A stretch of 64,000 nucleotides of DNA from Myxococcaceae bacterium. GTDB lineage: Bacteria; Myxococcota; Myxococcia; Myxococcales; Myxococcaceae. A model generated the notes under the pieces. The model searched no databases and was not told the DNA's origin. It worked only from the letters and a program-made list of their open reading frames with translations. The translations under genes were made by a program, and so were the position numbers. The stretch covers positions 11,404 through 75,403 of the forward strand of contig DATKKF010000008.1 in the NCBI GenBank assembly GCA_035543115.1, in the 5' to 3' direction. Below are positions 10,643 through 20,600 of this stretch, piece by piece (the stretch's first letter is position 1; the number at the start of each line of letters is the position of its first letter).

Positions 10643-12001
10643 ATGCCCAGGCGCCTTCCACTGTTCGCCACCGCCGCCCGCGGCACCGAGGACCTCCTCG
10701 CCGAGGAGCTGACCGAGCTCGGCGCGGCCAGGGTTCGCGCGGATCGCGGAGGCGTCCGGTTCCTCGCCAACCTGAACGAGGCGCTTCGCATCGCGCTCTG
10801 GTCGCGCATCGCGATGCGGCTCTTGTGGCCGCTGGCCGAGGCGGAGGCGCGCGGGGCCGAGGGTCTCTACGACGCGGCGCACGAGGTGCCCTGGGAGGAG
10901 CACCTCGACCCGGGCGCAACCTTCGCGGTCGAGGCCACGCTGCGAGACTCGGAGCACACCCATTCCGGTTTCGTCGCGCTGAAGATCAAGGACGCCATCG
11001 TGGACCGGCTCCGGGAGAAGCGCGGCCGCCGGCCCGACGTCGACACCCGCCGGCCCGACGTGCGGGTGGTGGCCCACCTGGCCGGAACCCACCTCTCGCT
11101 CTCCCTCGACGTGGCCGGCGCGCCGCTGAACCAGCGCGGCTACCGGGTGCGGCCCACCGTGGCGCCGCTCAAGGAGACGCTCGCCGCCGCCATCCTCCGC
11201 GCCGTCCGCTACACCGGGGACGAGCCGCTGGTGGACCCGATGTGCGGCTCGGGCACCTTCCTGGTCGAGGCGGGGCTCATCGCCGTGCGCCGGGCGCCCA
11301 GCGTCCATCGCACCTTCGGCATCGAGCGCTGGCCCTCACTCGGCGATGAGGCACGGGCCACGCTGGACCGGCTCCGTGCCGAGGCACGGGCCCACGAGCG
11401 ACGGGCCCCGTTCCCCATCCGCGGATTCGACCGGAATGCCGAGGCGCTCGAGGCGGCCCGGGCGAACGTCCGCGCGTCCCGGCTGGAGCGGGAGATCTCG
11501 CTCGCCGAGGCCGACGCCACCCGCGCGCTCCCCCTCGGGGACCTCGACCACGGGCTCCTGGTCACCAACCCGCCGTACGGCGACCGGCTCACCCAAGGCG
11601 GGCAGAAGGGGATGAAGACCTTCTACTTCCACCTCGGAGAGCGCCTGGGCAACCTCGCCGGCTTCAGGCTGGCCATCCTCTCCGGCAACCCGGCATTCGA
11701 GGCCGCGTTCCACCACCGGCCGCTCCGCCGGCGTCCGCTCTGGAACGGCCCCATCGAGTGCACCTTGCTCGAGTATGCGGCGCGCTCGCGGAGCGGCGCA
11801 GGGGCACTGCAGGTTCCGGCTCACGCGCGCCGCGGATCGGGCTCAGACCCGCGGCTCGCCTCGCCGGAGCAGCCGGCCGATGTTCCCCCGGTGCGTCCAG
11901 AGCATCGCCAGGAACAGCATCGAGGTCAGCACGGCAGCGGTGGGCGGCGTGCCCGGCACCAGCCACGCCACCCCGACGGCGACGAGCCCGGCGAGCAGTG
12001 A
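10643..12001 (+). CDS. THUMP-domain class I SAM-dependent RNA methyltransferase (RlmL/RlmK N-terminal-half type)
   Basis: THUMP region followed by a methyltransferase with DPMCGSGTF and TNPPYG motifs. The last ~75 codons (from ~11777) are low-complexity and lie antisense to the plsY 3' end. Confidence 0.85.
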   Translation: MPRRLPLFATAARGTEDLLAEELTELGAARVRADRGGVRFLANLNEALRIALWSRIAMRLLWPLAEAEARGAEGLYDAAHEVPWEEHLDPGATFAVEATLRDSEHTHSGFVALKIKDAIVDRLREKRGRRPDVDTRRPDVRVVAHLAGTHLSLSLDVAGAPLNQRGYRVRPTVAPLKETLAAAILRAVRYTGDEPLVDPMCGSGTFLVEAGLIAVRRAPSVHRTFGIERWPSLGDEARATLDRLRAEARAHERRAPFPIRGFDRNAEALEAARANVRASRLEREISLAEADATRALPLGDLDHGLLVTNPPYGDRLTQGGQKGMKTFYFHLGERLGNLAGFRLAILSGNPAFEAAFHHRPLRRRPLWNGPIECTLLEYAARSRSGAGALQVPAHARRGSGSDPRLASPEQPADVPPVRPEHRQEQHRGQHGSGGRRARHQPRHPDGDEPGEQ

Positions 12002-12424
12002 GCCCACCGAGCTGACGCGCAGCGCGGCGAGGACGACGGCGTAGGTCAGCGCGCCGGCGAGCGCCGCCCGGGGCGCCAGCACCGCCAGGACCCCCAGCGC
12101 CGTGGCCACGCCCTTCCCTCCCCGGAACCCGAGCCAGGGCGGGGCGACGTGTCCGGCGACCGCCGCCAGGCCGACCGCGGCGGGCACCACCGGGCTCGGC
12201 GCCACCGCGCGGGCCAGCAAGACCGGAAGGGCACCCTTGAGCGCGTCGAGCAGGAGCACCAGGGCTCCGAGCCCCTTTCCGGCGACCCGGGCCACGTTGG
12301 TGGCGCCGATGTTGCCGCTCCCGCGCTGGCGAACGTCCACCCCGTGCGCAGCGCGGACCAGGAGCAGCCCGAACGGGATGCTCCCCGAGAGGTACCCGAG
12401 CAGCACCAGGCCTGCGGAGATCAT
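11843..12424 (-). CDS. plsY: Glycerol-3-phosphate acyltransferase PlsY
   Basis: 193 aa: MISAGLVLLGYLSGSIPFGLL...GSGNIGATNV...GGKGVAT. I trimmed track ORF 11843..12691. The start forms an ATGA overlap with the upstream gene's stop. Confidence 0.92.
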   Translation of the reverse strand: MISAGLVLLGYLSGSIPFGLLLVRAAHGVDVRQRGSGNIGATNVARVAGKGLGALVLLLDALKGALPVLLARAVAPSPVVPAAVGLAAVAGHVAPPWLGFRGGKGVATALGVLAVLAPRAALAGALTYAVVLAALRVSSVGSLLAGLVAVGVAWLVPGTPPTAAVLTSMLFLAMLWTHRGNIGRLLRRGEPRV

Positions 12425-12843
12425 CGCCAGCCGTGACGCGTCTGGACGATCACCAAGGCGTAGTTCGCCATCAGAGCCGCCACCAGCGCCGCGCGGCCGG
12501 CGCGGGCCTCGCGCGCCGAGAGCTGCGGCACCGGGAGCGACAGCCGGAACATCCACTGGAGCAGCCCCAGCACGGCGGCCGCGGCGAGGAGGCAGCCGGC
12601 CAGCGCCCCGAGCGGGTTGGACTCGAACGCGAAGCCGAATCGAAGGTGGGCGAGCCCGTCCGCGGCCCGGGTCAGCCCGCATCCCGGGCACGGCCAGCCG
12701 GTGTGCTCGCGGAACGCGCAGCGCCAGAACGGAAGCCTGGCCACGGGCACGAAGCGGGCGACGAGCAGTCCCATCACGCCGAGCAGGCCCAGGGCGTGGA
12801 GGAGCGTGAAGCGTCGCTCGCGTGGCGTCCAGTGGAGCGTCAT
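12421..12843 (-). CDS. DUF2752-like membrane protein
   Basis: Has C..F...TGWPCPGCGLTRA, the motif I associate with DUF2752, plus TM segments. Confidence 0.75.
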   Translation of the reverse strand: MTLHWTPRERRFTLLHALGLLGVMGLLVARFVPVARLPFWRCAFREHTGWPCPGCGLTRAADGLAHLRFGFAFESNPLGALAGCLLAAAAVLGLLQWMFRLSLPVPQLSAREARAGRAALVAALMANYALVIVQTRHGWR

Positions 12844-12850
12844 CGTCGTC

Positions 12851-13741
12851 CTAGACCGAGGTACCCCCTCCGGTCATGGCGCCGACCATCGCGGCGATGG
12901 CGGCGATGAGCGCGGAGGCGACGAAGGAGCAGCAGCAGCCGAGCAGCAGGAAGGGCAGGAGCACGATGCCCGCCGCCTTCCCCATGGTGGTCTCCTGGAG
13001 GCTCGAGATGCCGAAGATGGCCAGCAGGAGGGAGTAGAGGCTCGCCAGGACGTTGAGGCAGGGCACGACGCCGAGGAGGTTCGGCCCCGCGGCGTAGCAG
13101 AGGGCCCGCACCGTCGCCCCGTATCCGTTCCGCCCCGCCCCGAAGAGCAGCGCCACCAGGTGGACGATGCCCGCTCCCGCCAGGAGCAGCAGTGGATACA
13201 CGAGCAGCGAAAACAGCAGAACGCCGACCCCGGAGCCACCGGAGAACACCCGCATCGCGTTCTCCATCTGCGGGTCCGACCCGACGTTGGGGAGGCTGGA
13301 TCGGTACACTCCGAGCCCCACGACGGGGAGGCCCAGCGCGACGGAGATGCCGTGGACGATCCACGCGTAGTACAGCGCCTCGCTCCACGGCACATCAGGT
13401 CGGATGCTGGGGAAGAACCCCTGGGGCGAGAGCACACTGCGCTTCCAGGTCTCGACGAAGCCCTGGACGACGCCGATCTCCCGCCGCCGTTCCCAGGGAG
13501 TCAGCTCACGGTGCCCCGGGATGGGTCCGCCTCCGGGAGGGGGCTCACCGGTGAAGCGACCGGCGCCGAAGCCCGGGCCGGACCCCCCACCGCCCTCCGG
13601 GGGCTGTCCCCACTGCTCGGGGACGGGCGGCCGCGCGTACGGGTCCGGCACGTCCACCTGCTGCCCACAGCTCGGGCAGAACTGGATGCCGCTCCGGTCC
13701 GTGGTGAAGACTGTGGAACAGCGCGGGCAGCGGGCTTCCAT
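12851..13741 (-). CDS. Zinc-ribbon + Yip1-like multi-pass membrane protein
   Basis: N-terminus MEARCPRCSTVF..FCPSCGQ, then a Gly/Pro-rich linker and a five-TM Yip1-like core. Confidence 0.75.
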   Translation of the reverse strand: MEARCPRCSTVFTTDRSGIQFCPSCGQQVDVPDPYARPPVPEQWGQPPEGGGGSGPGFGAGRFTGEPPPGGGPIPGHRELTPWERRREIGVVQGFVETWKRSVLSPQGFFPSIRPDVPWSEALYYAWIVHGISVALGLPVVGLGVYRSSLPNVGSDPQMENAMRVFSGGSGVGVLLFSLLVYPLLLLAGAGIVHLVALLFGAGRNGYGATVRALCYAAGPNLLGVVPCLNVLASLYSLLLAIFGISSLQETTMGKAAGIVLLPFLLLGCCCSFVASALIAAIAAMVGAMTGGGTSV

Positions 13742-13804
13742 CGCGAGCCTCCCAGGAGGACGGGGAGCCTAGACAGCCGCCCTTCTCCGTTGGAAGGTCA
13801 TTCG

Positions 13805-14344
13805 GTGGCGCGGGCGTACAGCATGCAGGCGGTGCAGCACGCGGCCTCCCGCGCCATCGAGCTCGTCCACGCATTCCTCCTCGCCGAGGTGGCGGGCTCG
13901 CAGGTGCACGACGTCCAGGACGACCCCCGCTTCCAGCACCGCGGCGTGGACCTCCTCTGGGAATGCCCCGGCTCCGACGTCCTCGGGGTCGAGGTGAAGG
14001 GCGACCGGCAGGGCGGCCGGCGCGGGACGTACTTCCTCGAGCTGGTCTCGAACGCCGAGAAGGACACGCCGGGGTGCTTCCTCTATAGCCGGGCGGATCT
14101 CCTCGCCTACGTCTTCCTCGACCGCCGGGAGCTGCACCTGCTCCCGCTGCCCCAGGTCCGCGCCTGGTTCCTCGCCCGCGCAAGAGAGTTCCCGCTCCGG
14201 CAGGCTCGGACGCGCATCGGCCCGGCCCAGTACACGACGGTGGGCGCCACCGTGCCCTCGCGGAGGCTCCTCTCCGAGGTCGAAGGGGCCCGGCGGGTGG
14301 AGCTCGCCGCGGTAGCGTCCAGCGCCGGGCGGACAGCGCGCTGA
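13805..14344 (+). CDS. Hypothetical protein with a possible PD-(D/E)XK nuclease-like core
   Basis: This is the protein-like 3' part of track ORF 12617..14344. It contains GVDLLWE...VLGVEVKGD, a D..E-x-K pattern. GGAAGG lies 7 nt upstream of GTG 13805, and ATG 13823 is an alternative start. Confidence 0.55.
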   Translation: MARAYSMQAVQHAASRAIELVHAFLLAEVAGSQVHDVQDDPRFQHRGVDLLWECPGSDVLGVEVKGDRQGGRRGTYFLELVSNAEKDTPGCFLYSRADLLAYVFLDRRELHLLPLPQVRAWFLARAREFPLRQARTRIGPAQYTTVGATVPSRRLLSEVEGARRVELAAVASSAGRTAR

Positions 14345-14413
14345 CCCGCCCACGACGTGGCGGGGGCGTGCTAACGATGCGGGTCCAGGGGAGACGCCCG
14401 GGGAGTGTCTTCG

Positions 14414-15262
14414 ATGCGCGACGTGCTGCTCGCCCTGCCGCTGCTCGCGGCCTGTTCTTCCGGGTTGGGCCTGGGGCCCGATGGCGGCCCGCCCGCCGTG
14501 ACGTGCGCGTTGCAGGACGCCGGCGTCCCTTCCTCCGGATTTCCCTCGCCGGTCCCGGGGTGCAGCGCCCCCGCTGGCCCCACCGGCGTGCTGGACCTCG
14601 CCGCGCTCGGGTGGGGGAACCGGGGCGGGGTCCTGGTCGTTCCTGCGGCCCCGCCGGGGGCGCCCCTCCCGGTGGTGTTCGGATTCCACGGTGCTGACGG
14701 CGATGGCGAGGCCGTGCGGGCCCGGCTCGCCCTGGAAGGCCCAGTCGACGGGGGAGCGATCTTCGTCTACCCCAATGCCTCTGCAGGCACCTGGGACGTC
14801 GGCGCGGACTCCGCGGACAGCCGGCTGGTGTCCGCGCTCCTCGACCTGCTCGCGAACCGCTACTGCGTCGACCCCGCGCGGATCTACATCGCGGGATTCA
14901 GCGCGGGGGCGGTCTTCACGCTGTACCTGGGCTGCCACGATCGCGGGACGTTCCGGGCGATGGCCGTCGTGGCCGGCACGGACGCCCGGTTCGACCGGCG
15001 GTGCTGCCAGGGGGCCCTGTCGGCGATCTTCGTCCACGGCACCCAGGACGAGGCCATCCCCTTCACCGAGGGGCGTGCCGCGCTGGCCCACCTGCTCGAC
15101 CGTGACCAGTGCACCTCGACCAGCGCAGCGGACGGCCTGCACTGCGTGGCGTATGCCTGTCCGGCGGAGTACCAGGCCGATTTCTGCCAGTGGGCGGGCG
15201 ACCACGACGTGCCGGACTGGGCGGGTTGGGAGATCGCCCGGTTCTTCTCGCTCCTCCCCTGA
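14414..15262 (+). CDS. Lipoprotein, alpha/beta-hydrolase esterase (PHB-depolymerase/LpqC-like family)
   Basis: MRDVLLALPLLAAC lipobox, GFSAG nucleophile elbow, VVFGFHG oxyanion-type strand. GGGGAG lies 8 nt before ATG 14414. The track start at 14405 is an upstream GTG. Confidence 0.7.
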   Translation: MRDVLLALPLLAACSSGLGLGPDGGPPAVTCALQDAGVPSSGFPSPVPGCSAPAGPTGVLDLAALGWGNRGGVLVVPAAPPGAPLPVVFGFHGADGDGEAVRARLALEGPVDGGAIFVYPNASAGTWDVGADSADSRLVSALLDLLANRYCVDPARIYIAGFSAGAVFTLYLGCHDRGTFRAMAVVAGTDARFDRRCCQGALSAIFVHGTQDEAIPFTEGRAALAHLLDRDQCTSTSAADGLHCVAYACPAEYQADFCQWAGDHDVPDWAGWEIARFFSLLP

Positions 15263-15277
15263 GCCGGCGGGCGCTCC

Positions 15278-16822
15278 TCAGGCTGCGGGGCGCGGAGCGG
15301 GCTGCCCGTCCACCCGGGGCCACGCGGTGGACAGTCGCCGCCCGTCGGGCACCCGGGCCCGCAGCGTGGGAGTGCAGCCGCGCTCGACGAAGGCGCGCTT
15401 CCAGGCTGAGAAGTGTCCGCCGGCCCGCCACGCGTCCATCGCCGCCAACCCCGCCTCGGGCCCGCACTGCGCGAGCATGTACTCCACCCAGGCCCACCGG
15501 GCCGAGGTGGGTCGGACCTCGGCCTTCCCCTTGAGCCCCCGGCGGAGGCGGTCCAGCCGGTCGTCGATCTCGCGGATCCCCGCGAAGGGGGCGCCATCCA
15601 GAGGTGTGTGCCGCTTGGCGACGAAGGGCGAGACGCCGAGCGCGACCGGGAGGTGACCGGCGAGCTCCCGGGTGAAGCGGACCAGCTCGTCGACGTCGGC
15701 GTCCGTCTCCAGCGGCAGCCCCACCATCGAGTACACCTTGAGACGCTCCATCCCGGCCGCAGCGGCGAAGCGAGCGGCGCGGACCAGCTGTTCCTCCGAG
15801 TGCTTCCGGTCCACCAGGTCCCGCATCCGCTGGCTGGCCCCATCCGAGGCGACGGTGAGCACCCGGGCGCCGCCGCGGCGGAGCGTCTCCACCAGCTCGT
15901 CGGTGAGCCGGTCCGCCCGCAGCGAGGAGACGCCCACTTCCCGGCCCGAGTCCACCAGCGTCCGGAGGAGCTCGGCGATCCGCGGGTGGTCCGTCACCGC
16001 CGCGCCGACCAGCCCCACCCGCCGCGCCACGGGCGGCACCAGGTCCAGCACGCGCTCGGGTGGAACGGTCCGCATTCCGCCGTTGGTCGTCCGCCGCATC
16101 ACGCAGTAGTGACAGCCGCGGCTGCAGCCCCGCTCCGGCTCGATGAGGAACATCGACGACAGCTCGGTGTGGGGGGTGAGGATCTGCGACCGGGCCGGAA
16201 GATGGCTGTCGTCCGCACGGGCGACGTGGAGCGAGATTCCGCCCCGGCCGGGCACCCGGAAGCCAGCCGTCCGGGACAGGCGGTCGAGGAGCGCGTCCCG
16301 GCTGGTCTCCTCCGCCAGCGCGTCGAGGAGCTGGTGGATGAGCCCGTCGGCCTCGCCCTGGACCAGCAGGTCCACGAAGGGTTCGAGCGGTTCGGGGTTG
16401 GAGAAGGTGAGCGGCCCGCCGGCGACGACCAGGGGCCAGGCGGTGCCTCGCTCCGAGGCCAGCACCGGAAGCCCGGAAAGGCTGAGGACGTCCATCAGCC
16501 CCGGCAGCTCGAGCTCGTAGGCCACCGAGAACGCCAGCACGGGGAGCTCCGCCACCGGTGTGGCGGACTCGAGGGTGAAGAGCGGGGTCCGGCTCTCCCG
16601 GAAGGCATCCACGTCGTCCGGAAGGAAGGCCCGCTCGGCAGAGGCCCCGGGGTGGGCGTGGACCTCGCGGTAGATGCTCTGGAACCCGAGTGAGCTCATC
16701 CCCAGGTGGTAGGGGCTCGGGTAGCAGAGGGCCACGCGCAGGGGCGCCACCTTGTGCAGAGTTCCCTGCTCGTCGGCGAGCAGGGCCTGGCGGTGCGCGA
16801 GGAGGGCCCGGGGGGAAGTCAC
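15278..16822 (-). CDS. Radical SAM protein with an N-terminal B12-binding-like domain
   Basis: CSRGCHYC is the CxxxCxxC cluster motif. The N-terminal segment VALCYPSPYHLGMSSLGFQSIY is typical of the TIGR03960-like radical SAM family. Confidence 0.88.
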   Translation of the reverse strand: MTSPRALLAHRQALLADEQGTLHKVAPLRVALCYPSPYHLGMSSLGFQSIYREVHAHPGASAERAFLPDDVDAFRESRTPLFTLESATPVAELPVLAFSVAYELELPGLMDVLSLSGLPVLASERGTAWPLVVAGGPLTFSNPEPLEPFVDLLVQGEADGLIHQLLDALAEETSRDALLDRLSRTAGFRVPGRGGISLHVARADDSHLPARSQILTPHTELSSMFLIEPERGCSRGCHYCVMRRTTNGGMRTVPPERVLDLVPPVARRVGLVGAAVTDHPRIAELLRTLVDSGREVGVSSLRADRLTDELVETLRRGGARVLTVASDGASQRMRDLVDRKHSEEQLVRAARFAAAAGMERLKVYSMVGLPLETDADVDELVRFTRELAGHLPVALGVSPFVAKRHTPLDGAPFAGIREIDDRLDRLRRGLKGKAEVRPTSARWAWVEYMLAQCGPEAGLAAMDAWRAGGHFSAWKRAFVERGCTPTLRARVPDGRRLSTAWPRVDGQPAPRPAA

Positions 16823-16884
16823 GAAGAAGACGAGGGCTAACGCGCTCCAGCCGCCCCGTCCAGCAGGCCCCCCGCAAAGACGAA

Positions 16885-16913
16885 CCCCGGTGACCCACAG
16901 GGGGCCACCGGGG
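16885..16913 (-). terminator. Intrinsic-terminator-like hairpin downstream of the lipoprotein gene
   Basis: ccccggtg (16885-92) pairs with caccgggg (16906-13), and an inner ccc/ggg also pairs. On the minus strand the hairpin is followed by UUCGUCUUUG. Confidence 0.5.
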
Positions 16914-16931
16914 CTCGGTCACTGCAATCGC

Positions 16932-17654
16932 CTACTGGACCGGCTTCCAGCCGTCGTTGCTCGGGAACTCCCCGACGAAGAAGCAGTAGCCGACGGTCGG
17001 CTTGCCCGAGGCGGCGGTCGCCCAGGCGTCCATGATGCAGTCGGTGTTGTACTTGGAGTTGATGCCCGAGGCGAAGGGCTGCGAGAACGGGTCGCAGTCC
17101 TCCTTGGTCGAGCAAGTCACCGCCGGGTTGAGTGCCTGCATCGTGTAGGCCCGGGTGCACGTCCCGTTGGTGTAGGTGACGTCACCCTTGAACTCCGTGC
17201 CGAGGTAGACCGCCGTGCTCAGGAACTGCAGGTTGGTCACCGCGAAACTCTTGGTGGCGGTCACCTGCATCGTGGTCAAGGTCGGAACGGTGCAGAGGTC
17301 ACTCGCGTCCGGGAACTGCGCCGAGAAGTTGCCCTTCCCGTAGATGGCGGCGCTGGGGTTCGGCGGGCTGGGGAGCTTGGACTGCTTCGAGAACGCGACG
17401 ATGAGCCGGTTCTCGAAGGGATCGAACTGCCAGAAATCCGCGAAGACGTCCGGCGTATTCGTAGTGGTGCATCCCGTGGCGAGTGCGCCGGCCTGGCTGA
17501 ACTTGACCAGATACGGCCCGTTGGCGGAGCTCTGCAACTGGCAGTCCGCCGCGGTCATGGAGCCACAACCTGTCAGGCCGAGCACTGCGGCACAGACGAG
17601 GGTGGTGAGAACGGTGCGCGTCATGGTCCTTGGATTCCTGTGGAGGGCGTTCAT
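16932..17654 (-). CDS. Cys-rich lipoprotein of unknown function, cotranscribed with the TonB-dependent transporter
   Basis: Lipobox AVLGLTGC plus 8 further Cys. The ATG at 17654 shares one base with the transporter's TAA stop. An alternative ATG is at 17624 (MTRTVL). Confidence 0.75.
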   Translation of the reverse strand: MNALHRNPRTMTRTVLTTLVCAAVLGLTGCGSMTAADCQLQSSANGPYLVKFSQAGALATGCTTTNTPDVFADFWQFDPFENRLIVAFSKQSKLPSPPNPSAAIYGKGNFSAQFPDASDLCTVPTLTTMQVTATKSFAVTNLQFLSTAVYLGTEFKGDVTYTNGTCTRAYTMQALNPAVTCSTKEDCDPFSQPFASGINSKYNTDCIMDAWATAASGKPTVGYCFFVGEFPSNDGWKPVQ

Positions 17655-20600
17655 TAGAAGGTCACCCGCAGGCTGAACCGGAACTGGCGAACCGGCTGGT
17701 AGGCATTCGGCTGACCCCAGGCAGGGTTGACCGCCGCAACCACGGGCGTCTGGAAGGCGTCAGGAAGAACGACCTGGCCTCTGGACCCGTCCGCGTACTT
17801 GTAGGGCTTCGGCAGGTTGCCGTTGCCCTGCCCGCAGTCCGACACGGCAGGAGGCGTGCCCGCAGCGGCCGGAGGCGGCGCGTACTGCGGGCAAACACCG
17901 CCGAAGGTGTTCGGGATGTTGCCCGGAGTGGCGCCGATGATCGGACCGACGGCGTCTTGCGTGTACCGCTGGTCGATCTGGGTGGGCCGCTGCGAGTTGA
18001 AGATGTTGAAGGCTTCGACCGAGGCGGTCAGCACCAGGTCCTTGGTGAACCGGTAGTTGAAGTTCACCTTGCCGTCGAGGCTGGTCACCCAGGGCAGCCG
18101 GCCTGCGCTGCCGCGGACGAGCAGGTAGGCCAGACCGTCACCGTAGATCGGGTGCGCGCCGAGCGCATCGACCGGGGTGCCGGAGTTGGCGTTGAAGGAG
18201 CCACCGACGCTGATGCTGAACACCGGGTTGATCACGAACTCCTTCGCCAGGTAGACCTTGATGAAGTGGGTGATGTCGGCGCTCAGCACGCCGTCACCGT
18301 TCAGGAGCAGGGTCTTCAGGTCGAAGTTGGCGGTGATGTTCGGGTCCAGCTGCTGCTGGTAGTTGGGGGACCAGAGGCCGTCGTAGTTACCGGTGAGGCG
18401 CGACCAGGTGTAGCTGACCTGGGCGAGCCAGAGGTCGCTGAAGGTCTTGTTCAGCGTGACCGTCACCGCGTCGTAGGTGCGCTTGGCCTTGGGGAACGAA
18501 TCCGCGATGCCCTCACCGGGGTTGCCGATGAAGTAGGTCTGACCATCGGTGTTGGACATGTCCTCCACCGTCCGCTTCAGGTTGCGGTGCGTGTAGCTGG
18601 CCCCGAGCCGGGCGTTGGGAATGATCTCGTACTCGGCGCCGGCGACGAGTTCCTCGTTCGATGGCGACTTGACGTTCGGGTCGATCGCGCTCGGGTACGG
18701 AGCGCCGGTGACGGCCCACATGCTGCTCGGACCGGTCGGCGACACCGCCCTGACGACGTTGTTCTGGTCACACACCCTATACCCGGCGAGCGGGTCGCAG
18801 ATGTGTGCGGCGCGCGGCTGAACCTCCGCAGAGAGCGAACGGTTCGCCATGTCGAGGGGGAGGTTCTCGTAGTAGATTCCGTAGTTGGCGAAGATCTTCG
18901 ACCGGCCCTGCTGCGTCGGATCCCACACCACGCCAATGCGGGGGCTCCACTGGTCGTTGAGCACCAGCCGGTTGAGGCCGTCGGTGCCCTGCATCGCCAG
19001 CGCGTCGTAGCGGAGACCGAGGTTGACGGTGACCTTGTCGAGGATGCTCCAGCTGTCCTGGACGAAGCCACCGGCGATCTGCGACTTGACCTTCCGCTCG
19101 ACGACGAAGTCGTTGGTGATGGTGTCGACGTCGGTGATCTTCCCGTAGCGGCGGTAGTCGTACACGTAGGTGCCGCCACCGTTCCAGTAGAGGGCGGTGC
19201 CGCCCGAGTAGGCCTGGGTGATGTCGTAGTCAGCCGCCTGGTAGTCGAAGCCGAATTTCAGCACGTGGTGGCCGAGCGCGCTGAGCAGGTAGGTGATCAC
19301 CCCGCGGCCCTGGTAGCTGTTGAGCTTGATCTGGCTGAGGAACCCGGGGCCGCCGTAGAAGTAGCCGGTGACCGGGCAGACGCCGCCGCCCGCGCTGCAG
19401 GCGGCGGTCACGCTCGCCGGTAGCGAGTGGTCGAGGTCGGTGAGCTGGCGGCTGGCCGTGGTCGGGCTGCGGACCAGGGGGACGCCGGCCTGCGTCGACT
19501 GGTTGGTCACGTCGAAGCCCGAGCCGTCGAACGGCAGGTTGTCGTTGCTCTGGTTGTGCCAGCCACCCCGGATGTCGAGGAGCAGCTTCTTGTCCAGGAA
19601 GGAGCCGTTGTACTCGCCGATCACGTCCAGGGCGTTGGTGTTCTGGATGCCCCCGAAGACGTTGAACGTGCCGCCCGCATAGCCTGAGGCGGTCACGATT
19701 CCGCGCGACTCGTTCTGCGGACGCAGCGGGAAGGACCCGCCGCCGCCACCGCTGGTCGGAGTGCCGATGACGGAGACGTTGAGGCGGTGGTCCTGGGTGA
19801 TCTGGTAGGTGAGCTTCCCGATGTAGTTCCAGGCGTGCTCGTCACCGAACCGGCGCTGCTCCGAGTTGTTGATCGGCGTCAGGACGCCACTGGCGTCCTG
19901 GGTGTTGAAGCTCCGGGTATACGAGTAGCGGGTCGCCGAGTACTGGATGCCGGCGAAGAACCACAGCTTGTCCTTGATGATGTAGCCACCGATGGTCGCT
20001 CCGATGTCGCCGATGTTGGAGAGCGCGACGTTGGAGTTGATGACCGCGTTCTGGGTGACCACCGCCTGGGGAGCGCCGGTCAGCGCACCCGGGGTCCAGG
20101 TGCCGAACACGGCGCCGTGGAACTCGTTACCACCGCTCTTGGTGACTGCGCTGATCGCGCCGCCGGTGGTCCGGCCGTACTCGGGCATGTACCCGCCGGT
20201 GATGACGTTGACTTCGTCGAGGAACTCCGCGGTCAACGGGGTTCCATTGACGCCGTAGGCCGGGTTGTTCACCGACAGGCCGTCGATCAGGTACAGCTGC
20301 TCGGGAGACTGAGCGCCGTTGATCGCCACGCCGTAGACGTCCCCGGTCGCCTGGGGAGCGGCGAGGGCCAGTGAGTCGAACGATCGGTTCGCTCCGGCCA
20401 GACCACCGGGGCGAGCCACGGCGATGTTCCGGATGAAGTCCTGGTTGATCGTGGCACCCGTCGTGGATGAGCCGACGTCCACCACTGGCGGAGAGCCGAC
20501 GACCGAGATCTCGGTCGCACCGGCAGTCTCGGGGAGCAGCTCCACATTCAGACGGAGTGTGCGGTCCGCCACCACGTCGATGCCCGTCCGGCTGAACGGG

